Counted from the first letter of the stretch, positions 16,981 through 25,482 are shown. The stretch: DNA of 32,000 bases from Candidatus Saccharimonadota bacterium (GCA_022843095.1 JALHOH010000002.1:330001-362000), one strand, 5' to 3'. Numbers and translations are program-made. The notes: generated from the letters alone by a model not told the origin.

Positions 16981-18126
16981 TCAAACAGCCGTATTTTTTG
17001 TAATCCAGTCAAGAACCGCCTGTGCGCGATGCGTCCACGTGTACGTTCCGGCCGCCAATTCCTGTGCACGAGCGCCGTACGCGGCATACGCCGCCGGATC
17101 CTGAAGGACGTGTAGCAACACCTGCACCAATGCTGCGCGATCATCCGCCGGATAAAATACGGCAAGGTCCTCGTTCAGCACATCACGCACGGATGGAAGA
17201 TCCGACGTGACAATCGGCGTCCCACTTGCCATGTATTCGAACATTTTGAGCGGCGACATTTCATACGCATAGTGGGGCGTGTTCGGAAATGGCATCACCA
17301 GGGCATCGGCGGCGCGGTAGTACAGCGCCAATTCGGTTCGAGGACGGTTGGAGATGCAGCGGGTCGCATCCCCAGGAGCGCGTCCTTCCATCTTCAAAAA
17401 ATCCTGCTCTGATCCACCCACGAGATACAATCGCGCGTCCGGAATGCGCGTCGCGATCTCCTGCATGGCGAGATCCAGCATCCCAAGCCCCTTGCCCGCC
17501 CCCATCGTGGAAAACCGCCCTCCATACACCACCACACGCGCCTCGGGCGGGATCCCAAGCGCGGCACGCGCCTCGGCCTTGGTTTGTAACGGATGAAACA
17601 CCGCCATCTCCACGGCATCTGGAATCACGGTACAGGGTGTCTCCGGCAACGTCTCCCGCACTCGATCCGTGAGCGCTCGCGTCATGCACACGATACCCGT
17701 GACCTTCTCGAGCTTTTTCAGAACCTTGGTGGGAGGCAGTGCGTGAATCTCATAAAACACCCGTCCCACACGCGACAGCGCTTCGGCCATGCGTGCATCG
17801 CGGGTATACAACACCGCATCCGGATGGGCTTTCGCAAAACGCACCGCCTGACGCACAAACGTGGCGCGTTCGAGCACAAATGCCGGGGCAAACAGCCACG
17901 ACGGCAGATAGGGAAACAAATCGATCACCGGGAGCTCTCGCACCGAAAACGAAGGGGTCACGCCATAATGCGTAAACGGATCGCCCTGAAGCGACCCACG
18001 ACGGTTGGTCACCCCAAGCGTCACCTGTGCGTTTGCGAGACAAAGCGCTTCGCAGGTCTTCATGATTTGGTATCCATGCGCCTTTTCGGTCGGGAGGCGG
18101 ATATTTTCGAGATAGACGACATGCAT
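16981..18126 (-). CDS. Glycosyltransferase family 4
   Basis: ORF 16981..18324 trimmed to the ATG at 18126 (MHVVYLENIRLPTEKAHGYQIMKTCEAL). The C-terminal half has VVVYGGRFSTMGAGKG...YEMSPLKMFEYMASGTPIVTSD (E-x7-E-like GT4 motif). Confidence 0.8.
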   Translation of the reverse strand: MHVVYLENIRLPTEKAHGYQIMKTCEALCLANAQVTLGVTNRRGSLQGDPFTHYGVTPSFSVRELPVIDLFPYLPSWLFAPAFVLERATFVRQAVRFAKAHPDAVLYTRDARMAEALSRVGRVFYEIHALPPTKVLKKLEKVTGIVCMTRALTDRVRETLPETPCTVIPDAVEMAVFHPLQTKAEARAALGIPPEARVVVYGGRFSTMGAGKGLGMLDLAMQEIATRIPDARLYLVGGSEQDFLKMEGRAPGDATRCISNRPRTELALYYRAADALVMPFPNTPHYAYEMSPLKMFEYMASGTPIVTSDLPSVRDVLNEDLAVFYPADDRAALVQVLLHVLQDPAAYAAYGARAQELAAGTYTWTHRAQAVLDWITKNTAV

Positions 18127-18210
18127 ACGACTTTGGCAAAGCATACGCGTCTCCCCAAAACCGAGCAACGCCCTCTGTTCGAGAACCCCGGGATTGTCTA
18201 TGCTCGTTTT

Positions 18211-19473
18211 ATGATTGCTCGCACAAAAGTGGCTGCCCATCGTACCCTCACCCGCCTCGGTGCCCGCATCGGGACGGATCTGGTCTACCTGGCAAAAGGC
18301 GGTTTTTGGATCAATATCCGCCAATTTTTAGCCATGGCGTTTAGTTTACTGACCGCGCTTCTTTTTGGACGCTACGTCTCGCAAGAAGTCTACGGAGAAT
18401 ACAAATACCTCGTTTCCATCTTTAGCTTGCTTACAACGCTCACCCTCACCGGGCTCGGTTCGGGCGTCATGCAAGCGATCGCGCGCGGCAATGAGGGGAC
18501 GCTTCCAAAGGCCTTTTGGCTAAACCTGCGCTGGAGCGTCTTTGCCTGTGCAGGCGCCATCGGATACGCCGGGTATCAATTGGCGCAGGGAAACACAACG
18601 CAAGGTATTGCGCTCCTCCTGATTGCCGTCACCTTCCCGTTCATTCGGAGTTTTCAATTGGCAGAATCGTTTTATACCGGGACACGTCAGTTCCAAAAAA
18701 ACGCCCTCCTCAAAGGAACGGCGGATACGCTGCTTTTTTTGGCGGTCGCGATCGTCGCCATCTGGACCAACAACGTGCTGCTTATTTTGTGCGCGTTTTT
18801 GTTTACCAGCCTCATCTCCGAAGGGACGATTTACCTCTACACGCGTTCTCGAATCACGCATCTGGAACGAGTGGAATACGACGTCTTTTCGTTCAGCAAA
18901 CATCTCAGCGTGACCGGGATCGTCTCGAGCATCGCAGGGCAAGCCGATAAACTCCTCGTCTACCATGTCCTTGGCGCGGTACCGCTTGCCGTGTACACTT
19001 TCGCGCTCGCCATTCCAAAACAGTTCCGGACGGCGGTGAGCTTTGTCGCACCTCTCGCCAAACCAAAATATGCCGTGATGGAAGAACACCAGGTCCGCAC
19101 CTCTGTCTTTCACAAGTTCGTGTTGTCGCAAGCCATCTTGATCCCGGCGACGATCGTGTATTGGCTCGCAGCCCCCTGGATCTACCAAACGTTTTTCCCG
19201 CAGTACGTGGAATCCGTAACCGCATCTCGCCTGTACGCGCTCATCTTTCCGCTCTTTGGAAACTTCAGCTTTATCGCCTTTGAAACCCAAAAGAAAACCC
19301 GAGAAACCTACCTCTCCACCCTCATTCCGAGCGTCATCCAAATCGCCCTCATGGTTGCCTGTATTTTCCCATTTGGGATCAACGGCGTGATCCTCGCGAC
19401 GCTCATCGCGAAATACGGAAGCACCCTTTATTCGCTGCTCCTTGTTTCTCGCATGCGAACATCCAATACTTAA
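18211..19473 (+). CDS. Wzx-like oligosaccharide/polysaccharide flippase (MOP superfamily)
   Basis: ORF 17593..19473 trimmed to the ATG at 18211, because the upstream part is antisense to the GT4 gene. 420 aa and very hydrophobic, about 12 TM segments, with an N-terminus typical of Wzx (GGFWINIRQFLAMAFSLLTALLFGRYVSQEVYGEY). Confidence 0.8.
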   Translation: MIARTKVAAHRTLTRLGARIGTDLVYLAKGGFWINIRQFLAMAFSLLTALLFGRYVSQEVYGEYKYLVSIFSLLTTLTLTGLGSGVMQAIARGNEGTLPKAFWLNLRWSVFACAGAIGYAGYQLAQGNTTQGIALLLIAVTFPFIRSFQLAESFYTGTRQFQKNALLKGTADTLLFLAVAIVAIWTNNVLLILCAFLFTSLISEGTIYLYTRSRITHLERVEYDVFSFSKHLSVTGIVSSIAGQADKLLVYHVLGAVPLAVYTFALAIPKQFRTAVSFVAPLAKPKYAVMEEHQVRTSVFHKFVLSQAILIPATIVYWLAAPWIYQTFFPQYVESVTASRLYALIFPLFGNFSFIAFETQKKTRETYLSTLIPSVIQIALMVACIFPFGINGVILATLIAKYGSTLYSLLLVSRMRTSNT

Positions 19474-19480
19474 AAGCCGT

Positions 19481-20497
19481 ATGATGAAATTCATTGTCGC
19501 CATCCTTCTTGGCATTGTCGGACACGGGACCTTTGTTCAGGCGCAACAGACGCCGATCGATATCCGAGCGTTTGAAAACGTCCGCATCGAACAGGAGGAT
19601 AAAATCTTGGTTCCCGAGGGGAAGGCGGATGAAGTCTGGAAGTACATCACGGAACGATATTTGAATCAGGAACATGTAAAAACCCTGGATCCGGAATTTT
19701 CGACGTACCACCACGACGAACAGTTTGAAGACCGTTATTTTGATACACCCGACCTGTTCATGCTGGGAAAGAAAAGTGGTATTCGACATCGCAAGCGCGA
19801 AAACCTGACCGATCCCACCGACCGAAAGGATGGACGCGAGCTTGTTCAGATCAAACTAAACAACATCAGCGACAACCCGCTTGAACGCGCAGAAATCAAG
19901 TTTGACGTCGAATACCCTCTCTATCGCGAGGGAAAAGAAAATACGCATCCTTTGATCGGCGTCATCAAAGAATCCGATCGACGCGCGTTTTTCACAGAAA
20001 CGGCAAAACTTGGAATTGACCCGTTTTCGCTCCGCCCGGTTGTGACGCTCCACAACCTCCGTCGGCGCGTCTACTTCAAAAAAGGCGATCAGCCGTTCAT
20101 GTCCATTTCGTTTGACTACGTGAACAGCAACGTGTGGTGGGCAAAGGCGAATTTTGTCGAAATTGAACCGGAATTAAACGAAGAACAGTTCACCGCCGCC
20201 TCCCCAGAAACACGGCGTTACATGGAAGAAAAGCTGCACCTCCTCATGACGGATTTAAAAACCAAATTTCCATACCTACAAACCAATCTCACCCCAAAGT
20301 ACAACAAAACGTTTGAACGGATCGAGCACGCTTTGCCTTTTTTTCGTTTCTTGGTGCAAATCTACTTCCATACCGTGGAAGGGATGCTGCTTGTGATTGC
20401 CGGGATCCTGGCGCTGATCGGAGGCGTGGGATACGCGATCCGCGCCCGCATCCTTGCCGCCCGCACAAAAAAACACGAGGCAGAACTTGCCTCGTGA
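19481..20497 (+). CDS. Exported, C-terminally membrane-anchored CYTH (triphosphate tunnel metalloenzyme) domain protein
   Basis: Start at the ATG at 19481, 7 nt after the flippase stop. Signal peptide MMKFIVAILLGIVGHGTFVQA-QQ. CYTH ExExK signature RIEQEDKILV. Also DRYFDTPDLFML...GIRHRKRE and FVEIEPEL. C-terminal TM GMLLVIAGILALIGGVGYAI followed by a basic tail RARILAARTKKHE. Confidence 0.75.
   Translation: MMKFIVAILLGIVGHGTFVQAQQTPIDIRAFENVRIEQEDKILVPEGKADEVWKYITERYLNQEHVKTLDPEFSTYHHDEQFEDRYFDTPDLFMLGKKSGIRHRKRENLTDPTDRKDGRELVQIKLNNISDNPLERAEIKFDVEYPLYREGKENTHPLIGVIKESDRRAFFTETAKLGIDPFSLRPVVTLHNLRRRVYFKKGDQPFMSISFDYVNSNVWWAKANFVEIEPELNEEQFTAASPETRRYMEEKLHLLMTDLKTKFPYLQTNLTPKYNKTFERIEHALPFFRFLVQIYFHTVEGMLLVIAGILALIGGVGYAIRARILAARTKKHEAELAS
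20467..20496 (-). terminator. Rho-independent terminator of the NeuB-like gene, embedded in the last codons of the convergent CYTH gene
   Basis: The minus strand reads CACGAGGCA-AGTTC-TGCCTCGTG (9-bp stem) followed by TTTTTTTGTG. It lies 14 nt downstream of the stop at 20510-20512. Confidence 0.65.
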
Positions 20498-20509
20498 CGG
20501 GTGCCGCGA

Positions 20510-21523
20510 TTAGACGCGGCGCAGTTTCTTCATCGTTGCGATCTCGCCGTCGAGGACGCGCTTGACCCCATCGCCGCAGATCTTCTGGAGATCCTCGGCG
20601 GACGCCCAGTCCGTGATCTTGGCGGTACCGGCTTCCAGCGCACGGATCTTCGTGACGAGCTCCGCCATCTGTGCCGGCGCGAGCGACGCCTTCTGATCCG
20701 ACCCGGGCATCTTCTTATCGAGGGTGATGTGCCGCTCGATCACGCAGGCGCCCATCGAAGCCGCGACGAGCGAGGGGAGGATTCCCTCCTCGTGGCCGGA
20801 GTATCCGACCGGCACGTCCGGAAACGCGCGACGCAGGAGGTTCATCACCTCCAGGTTTGCGTCTTCGTCACGCGCCGGGTAGGTGCTGACGCAGTGCAAG
20901 AGCACCAGATCTTGGGTGCCGAGCACCTCAACGGCGTGCGTAATCTGCTCGAGCGTCGACCCACCCGTCGAGAGGATCACCGGCTTCCGGTTCGATCGCA
21001 CCCGACGCAGCAGGTCATCGTGGGTCAGGCATGGCGATGCGATCTTGTGCCACGCCACATCGAAGCCGTTCATGAAGTGGGCGCTGAGCCCATCCCAGGA
21101 AGAGGCGGCGAAGTGAATCCCGCGGCTCTTGCAGTGCCGCTCGATCTCGTCGAACTCGGCGAGGCCGAACTCGAGGGACCACTTGAGGTCCCCGTTCGTC
21201 GTGCGCTCGGGCTCGATGAAGAGCCGCGCGCACGCCTCGTCCGGCAGGACCATCCGACGCTTCCCGCCCAGCATCGCGCGCTCGCGTGCATGTGCGATGA
21301 AGCTCGGGTCAAACGCGCGTGGCGTCGCGAGCTCCTCGGCGGTGTACACGGTCGGCACATCGCGCTTCTGGAACTTCACCGCGTCGCACCCGGCCTCGAC
21401 CGCGACGTCGATCAGCCGCTTCGCGATCGCGAGACTGCCGTTGTGGTTGATGCCGATTTCGGCAATAACATAGCACGGATTCCCGGGGCCGATCTTTCGA
21501 TCGGCGAAACACACCGCCTTCAT
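20510..21523 (-). CDS. NeuB/NANS-family ulosonic acid (phosphate) synthase, PEP-condensing; no C-terminal SAF domain
   Basis: ORF trimmed to the ATG at 21523, preceded by AAGGAG. PCYVIAEIGINHNGSL...AGCDAVKFQ...PVILSTGGST...LLHCVSTYPA...VGYSGHEEG...VIERHITLDKKMPGSDQKASLAPAQMAELV. The protein is 337 aa and ends about 20 residues after the barrel. Confidence 0.85.
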   Translation of the reverse strand: MKAVCFADRKIGPGNPCYVIAEIGINHNGSLAIAKRLIDVAVEAGCDAVKFQKRDVPTVYTAEELATPRAFDPSFIAHARERAMLGGKRRMVLPDEACARLFIEPERTTNGDLKWSLEFGLAEFDEIERHCKSRGIHFAASSWDGLSAHFMNGFDVAWHKIASPCLTHDDLLRRVRSNRKPVILSTGGSTLEQITHAVEVLGTQDLVLLHCVSTYPARDEDANLEVMNLLRRAFPDVPVGYSGHEEGILPSLVAASMGACVIERHITLDKKMPGSDQKASLAPAQMAELVTKIRALEAGTAKITDWASAEDLQKICGDGVKRVLDGEIATMKKLRRV

Positions 21524-21528
21524 GTGAA

Positions 21529-21534
21529 CTCCTT
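21529..21534 (-). promoter_or_regulatory. Shine-Dalgarno site (AAGGAG) of the NeuB-like gene
   Basis: The minus strand reads AGAAGGAGTTCAC-ATG, a 5-nt spacer. Confidence 0.6.
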
Positions 21535-21594
21535 CTTTCTGACTCGCAATGTGCGAACTCGGGTCAAAGAAAAACACACCCGTATCAGGCCGTC

Positions 21595-21624
21595 AATAAA
21601 ACCCCCCTCACGAGCGAGGGGGGT
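21595..21624 (-). terminator. Rho-independent terminator after the HAD gene, separating it from the NeuB-like gene
   Basis: The minus strand reads TAA-GTG-ACCCCCCTC-GCTCGT-GAGGGGGGT-TTTATT. An 8-9 bp G/C stem is followed by a T-rich tract, directly after the stop at 21628-21630. Confidence 0.7.
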
Positions 21625-21627
21625 CAC

Positions 21628-22311
21628 TTATGGATAGAGAAGGGCGCTACAGGCTTCTCGCAGGGTATTTGCGAAGCACTCCTCTGGAATGCCTCGGTCG
21701 AACCCCTCTCGACGACGCGCTTCCGTATCAGGAACGATCCGACATTGGATTCCCGCACCGTTCGCGGAAGCGTATCCCTTCCACTCATTCTCGACCGCGA
21801 GGCAGATGCTCGGATCGAACGCGACACGATGGAGCGCGAGGTGATAAACCGCGGAATCCGGCTTACTCGCCCCAGCCTCATGCGTACTCACGAACGCATG
21901 AAACCAGGCACGCCATCCCATGATCTCCGAGGTCCGACGAATGAGATTGGGTGACATCCCAGAGACAATCGCCATGCGATACCCGCGAGCCAAAAGTTGC
22001 TCCAGGACATCGGACACATCCTCCTGAGTCGGCTTCAGGTGCAGGGCGTAATAGGCGCACATCGCCTCCTCACGACTCGCCTTGATCTCTGAGACCTGCG
22101 TGGAGAGACCGTGCGTTTCTATGCATTCCTGGAAAATATGGTCCAGGAGAACACCTGCGTCACGACGGGCGCGCCAGACCGGTTTCCAAGCCTCCCAATT
22201 CGTTGCTCCGAGAAGCGATGAGAAAAACGCCTCATCGATCCGTGGCCAGTGACGCTCGCTTTGAACGAGCGTCCCGTCCAGATCGAACAGGACACCAGCG
22301 ATCTCGCTCAC
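21628..22311 (-). CDS. HAD-IA (beta-phosphoglucomutase-like) phosphatase
   Basis: Start assigned to the GTG at 22311, preceded by GGAGG with a 4-nt spacer and overlapping the SIS stop (GTGA). (V)SEIAGVLFDLDGTLV is motif I (DxDGT). AIVSG is motif II, ASKPD is motif III, and LAVENEWKGYASANGAGI is a motif IV-like region. Confidence 0.8.
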   Translation of the reverse strand: MSEIAGVLFDLDGTLVQSERHWPRIDEAFFSSLLGATNWEAWKPVWRARRDAGVLLDHIFQECIETHGLSTQVSEIKASREEAMCAYYALHLKPTQEDVSDVLEQLLARGYRMAIVSGMSPNLIRRTSEIMGWRAWFHAFVSTHEAGASKPDSAVYHLALHRVAFDPSICLAVENEWKGYASANGAGIQCRIVPDTEARRREGFDRGIPEECFANTLREACSALLYP

Positions 22312-22919
22312 GGCGCCTCCGGAACACACACCCGCTCGATCACCTCGCACCAGGCGTGGATGATGAGGATGTGCCCTTCTTGAATGCGCGGCGTGGCCGC
22401 GGACGGAACGATGAGCGCGTGGTCCACAAGGGACGCCGCCTGACCTCCGTCACGCCCCAACAGTCCGACCGTCACCATGCCGCGCGCGCGTCCCGTCTGA
22501 AACGCAGCGAGAAGATTCTTGGATCCCCCGCTGGTCGAGATGCCAATAAAGGCATCCCTTTCCGTTCCATGCGCTTCGAGCTGACGGCTAAAGACCGTGT
22601 CGTACCCCACGTCATTCGCCCATGCGGTCAGCATGGACGTGTCGGTGGTAAGCGCGACCGCACGGATCGGGGGACGATCTCGGAGATATCGTCCCACAAG
22701 CTCCGCGGCAAAATGCTGCGCATCCGCCGCACTCCCGCCGTTGCCGGCGATGTAGAGCGTTCCGCCCTTGCGCACGCACTGCGCGAGCACGGCGCCGATC
22801 GCAGAGAAGTTCCGGACGAATGCCTCATCCGCTTGCATGCGCGAAAGAAGCGCCTGCTGTTCTTTGAGCGCATCACGGAACGTCGTTCCGAACGCACCCT
22901 CTTCGTCTGAAAGGTCCAT
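22308..22919 (-). CDS. gmhA: SIS-domain phosphoheptose isomerase family protein (GmhA type)
   Basis: GNGGSAADAQHFAAELVGRY...ALTTDTSMLTAWANDVGYDTVFSRQ...GISTSGGSKN...GLLGRDGG...PRIQEGHILIIH matches the GmhA/DiaA SIS pattern along its whole length. Start set at the ATG at 22919. The track start at 22970 is a TTG that would overlap the upstream gene by 19 nt. Confidence 0.8.
   Translation of the reverse strand: MDLSDEEGAFGTTFRDALKEQQALLSRMQADEAFVRNFSAIGAVLAQCVRKGGTLYIAGNGGSAADAQHFAAELVGRYLRDRPPIRAVALTTDTSMLTAWANDVGYDTVFSRQLEAHGTERDAFIGISTSGGSKNLLAAFQTGRARGMVTVGLLGRDGGQAASLVDHALIVPSAATPRIQEGHILIIHAWCEVIERVCVPEAP
22316..22320 (-). promoter_or_regulatory. Shine-Dalgarno site (GGAGG) of the HAD gene, inside the 3' end of the SIS gene
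   Basis: The minus strand reads GGAGG-CGCC-GTG. Confidence 0.55.
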
Positions 22920-22951
22920 GGACGAAGAACTACCCGCAAAATGGAACCTCG

Positions 22952-23767
22952 TCAAGCGTTTTCGTTCCAATGTGTCGCAAAAAATGCACGATGCTGACGC
23001 GCCGTTTCGCGCTCGGATGATCCACGCGTCGTTTCAAAGGTATACGCACCGGCATACCCCACCTCTTTGCAGGCACGCGCAACCGCCGAAAAAGGGACCT
23101 GTCCCGTTCCTAGGATCACGTTTTTTCCGGCCGCATCCTTATCCTTAATATGAACATGCACGATCCGTTCGCCAAGCAGACGAATTTCTGCAGGGACATC
23201 ATATCCAAACGCCGAACGATTCCCCGTGTCATAACACACCCCCACACGATCGCCACACGAGCCAAGAAGAGTCAGCTGCTCGTCCACCGTCGCATCCGTT
23301 TCGATGGCATACCGCAGCGTTGCGGGAGATGAATTCCGCAGCCGCCGGATGATCGTCGCGGCACGCGAGACGCGCTCCGGCTGATCACGCAAACTCGACC
23401 CCTCAAGCCAAGGAAGCACCACCAACGAGATGCCAATAGCCGCCGCGCGCTGGAACACCGTCATCGCCTCTTGTAACGCCTCCTCACAAGCATCGGAATC
23501 CTCAAACCATGGCCGTGCCATGAGCGGATCGTACGTCATGGAATACGCCGGTGTTCCGGCCTTCTCCATCGCAACACGCGCGTCCTCCAACCCCTCCCCC
23601 GTCCACAACGGATTCGCCGGATTCGGCTCGCGATCGGTAATCCATTCCAAATAATCAAATCCATCCTCACGAGCAATCGCAAACTCTTCTCGCCACGCGG
23701 TGTTTGGAAACTGCTGGATCACCCCACCCGACGGGGTGAGCCGTCCTTGTGTCATGCCGATCATCAT
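22952..23767 (-). CDS. Sugar phosphate isomerase/epimerase (xylose-isomerase-like TIM barrel)
   Basis: 271 aa. N-terminus MTQGRLTPSGGVIQQFPNTAWREEFAIAREDGFDYLEW is typical of the glycan-cluster TIM-barrel family. Also HVHIKD near the C-terminal third. Confidence 0.7.
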   Translation of the reverse strand: MMIGMTQGRLTPSGGVIQQFPNTAWREEFAIAREDGFDYLEWITDREPNPANPLWTGEGLEDARVAMEKAGTPAYSMTYDPLMARPWFEDSDACEEALQEAMTVFQRAAAIGISLVVLPWLEGSSLRDQPERVSRAATIIRRLRNSSPATLRYAIETDATVDEQLTLLGSCGDRVGVCYDTGNRSAFGYDVPAEIRLLGERIVHVHIKDKDAAGKNVILGTGQVPFSAVARACKEVGYAGAYTFETTRGSSERETARQHRAFFATHWNENA

Positions 23768-23784
23768 AGCGTTGGGTCACGACC

Positions 23785-24621
23785 TTACCACACGCTCCGC
23801 CCTCCATCGATGACGACGTTTTGGCCCGTCATATACGCGCTCGCATCCGAGCACAAAAAGACGAGCGTGCGCGTCACGTCTTCGGGCGTCGCCATGCGTC
23901 CAAGCGGAATCAACTGCGTCAACCGTTTTACAAACGCCGGGTCCACCGTCGGTTGCCAAATGCCCCCAGGAGAAATCGCATTCACGCGCACCCCTTCGTC
24001 GGCCCAATAGGTCGCCAAGTATTTGGTCAGTCCCACAAGCGCGTGCTTGACCACCGAATAACTCGCCGGCTTTTTTGGCGCCTGATTGGGATCCATCCCA
24101 TCCGCCACGTAAATACGATGATCTGGCGCAATCACCGAGAGATCGCTCGCAATATTTACGATCACCCCCGAACGCTGGGCGGCAAACAGCGGGCCGATCA
24201 CTTTGCACATCAAAAACGCCGCAGTGACCCCGACTTCCAAATCTTTTTCCCAAAGCGCCAATGGAAACGTCTCCACACGACCATTGTGTGCAAGCGCCCC
24301 TTCTCCGCCAGTTTTGGGATTATTCGCGGCATTGTTCACCAAAATATCCAGACGTCCAAATGCCTCCTGCACCGACTGAACCGCCGCACGAATCGCCTCT
24401 TCGTTTGTGATGTCGACCGTCCATCCACGAATAGCACCCGATGGATCAAGCGTCGCCGCGATCGACGCCGTGTCTGGATGAATATCAAACAGAGCGACGC
24501 GTGCGCCCGCCTCGCGCAGCGCTGTTGCGTGCGCCCGTCCCAAAAACCCAACCCCGCCGGTCACGATGGCGACGCGGCCGTCCAATACCGTTGCAGAAAA
24601 TGGCGTAGTCATAACATCCAT
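23785..24621 (-). CDS. Classical SDR family oxidoreductase
   Basis: True ATG at 24621 (the track start is a TTG one codon upstream), overlapping the upstream stop (TGATG). VTGGVGFLGRA (TGxxxGxG), NNAA, YSVVKHAL (YxxxK). Confidence 0.85.
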   Translation of the reverse strand: MDVMTTPFSATVLDGRVAIVTGGVGFLGRAHATALREAGARVALFDIHPDTASIAATLDPSGAIRGWTVDITNEEAIRAAVQSVQEAFGRLDILVNNAANNPKTGGEGALAHNGRVETFPLALWEKDLEVGVTAAFLMCKVIGPLFAAQRSGVIVNIASDLSVIAPDHRIYVADGMDPNQAPKKPASYSVVKHALVGLTKYLATYWADEGVRVNAISPGGIWQPTVDPAFVKRLTQLIPLGRMATPEDVTRTLVFLCSDASAYMTGQNVVIDGGRSVW

Positions 24622-25391
24622 CAAGAAAACGAAGTTGTTTGTCCACCGTCTACCACGAACGCGCTTCCGGTCACAAACGCGGCCTCTGGACGACTAACAT
24701 ATTCCACCAATGACGCCACTTCTTCGGGCGTACCAAACCGTTGCTGAGGGACGCTCGCCTGGAGCATCGCGTGGATTCGGTCGGGATCTGCCGCGCGTTT
24801 TTGCTCCCATCGTCCTCCCGGAACCAATATATTCCCCGGATGGATCACGTTCACGCGAATGCCGTCCGTGGCAAGAGAGAAAGAAAGTTCTTTTGCGTAG
24901 GTGTGCAGCGCCGACTTTGCCACCGCGTACGGCACCGGTGCCCCCAGATGCTGTAGCCCCGCGATCGAACCGATGAGACAAATGCTACTAGGTGATCCGG
25001 CGCGTAAAAGCGGCAAACAGGCATCCACCGTACGGACATGGCACCAAAAATTCTGCGCAAACGCCCCTTCCCACTCAGACCAGGGAACAGGATAGCCGGT
25101 CGCCCATGCGCCATTCCCAACGCACGAAATCAGCGCATCCAAACGCGGGGCAACGGCCCGACATCCATCCGCAAACGCCTGCGCGCCCGCCTCTGTGGTG
25201 ACATCGGCGCACACGCCATACACCTGCGCCGTTTCCGGAAACGCCGCTTTTGCCTCCGCAATCCCCTGTTCGGTCCGGCCGTTCACAATCACCGTCGCCC
25301 CGGCACGAGCAAATGCCTGCGCACAAGCAAGACCGATCCCACGCGTGGAACCGGTTAGTGCAATGACGCGTGGCGTCGAGGAAGAATGCAT
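24621..25391 (-). CDS. Classical SDR family oxidoreductase
   Basis: LTGSTRGIGLACA (TGxxxGxG), YAVAKSAL (YxxxK), VNVIHPGNI. It is the first gene of the minus-strand unit 25391 to 21628. Confidence 0.85.
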   Translation of the reverse strand: MHSSSTPRVIALTGSTRGIGLACAQAFARAGATVIVNGRTEQGIAEAKAAFPETAQVYGVCADVTTEAGAQAFADGCRAVAPRLDALISCVGNGAWATGYPVPWSEWEGAFAQNFWCHVRTVDACLPLLRAGSPSSICLIGSIAGLQHLGAPVPYAVAKSALHTYAKELSFSLATDGIRVNVIHPGNILVPGGRWEQKRAADPDRIHAMLQASVPQQRFGTPEEVASLVEYVSRPEAAFVTGSAFVVDGGQTTSFS

Positions 25392-25482
25392 AAAATCCCT
25401 TGCTTTTTTGCGTAATTCGTTGGTAGAGTCAAGTCGGGATCGTCCCTTCTACCCTAACGGAGAACGCTCTGATCCGCAATCC

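Noticed and set aside
20501-21637. 378-aa + strand ORF antisense to the NeuB-like gene, and likewise the 503-aa - strand ORF at 25504-27015 antisense to the radical SAM gene
   Set aside because: These are shadow ORFs produced by GC3-rich coding on the opposite strand. Their translations are R/G/P/H/A-rich and low-complexity with no recognisable motif, while the opposite-strand genes show full-length family signatures.
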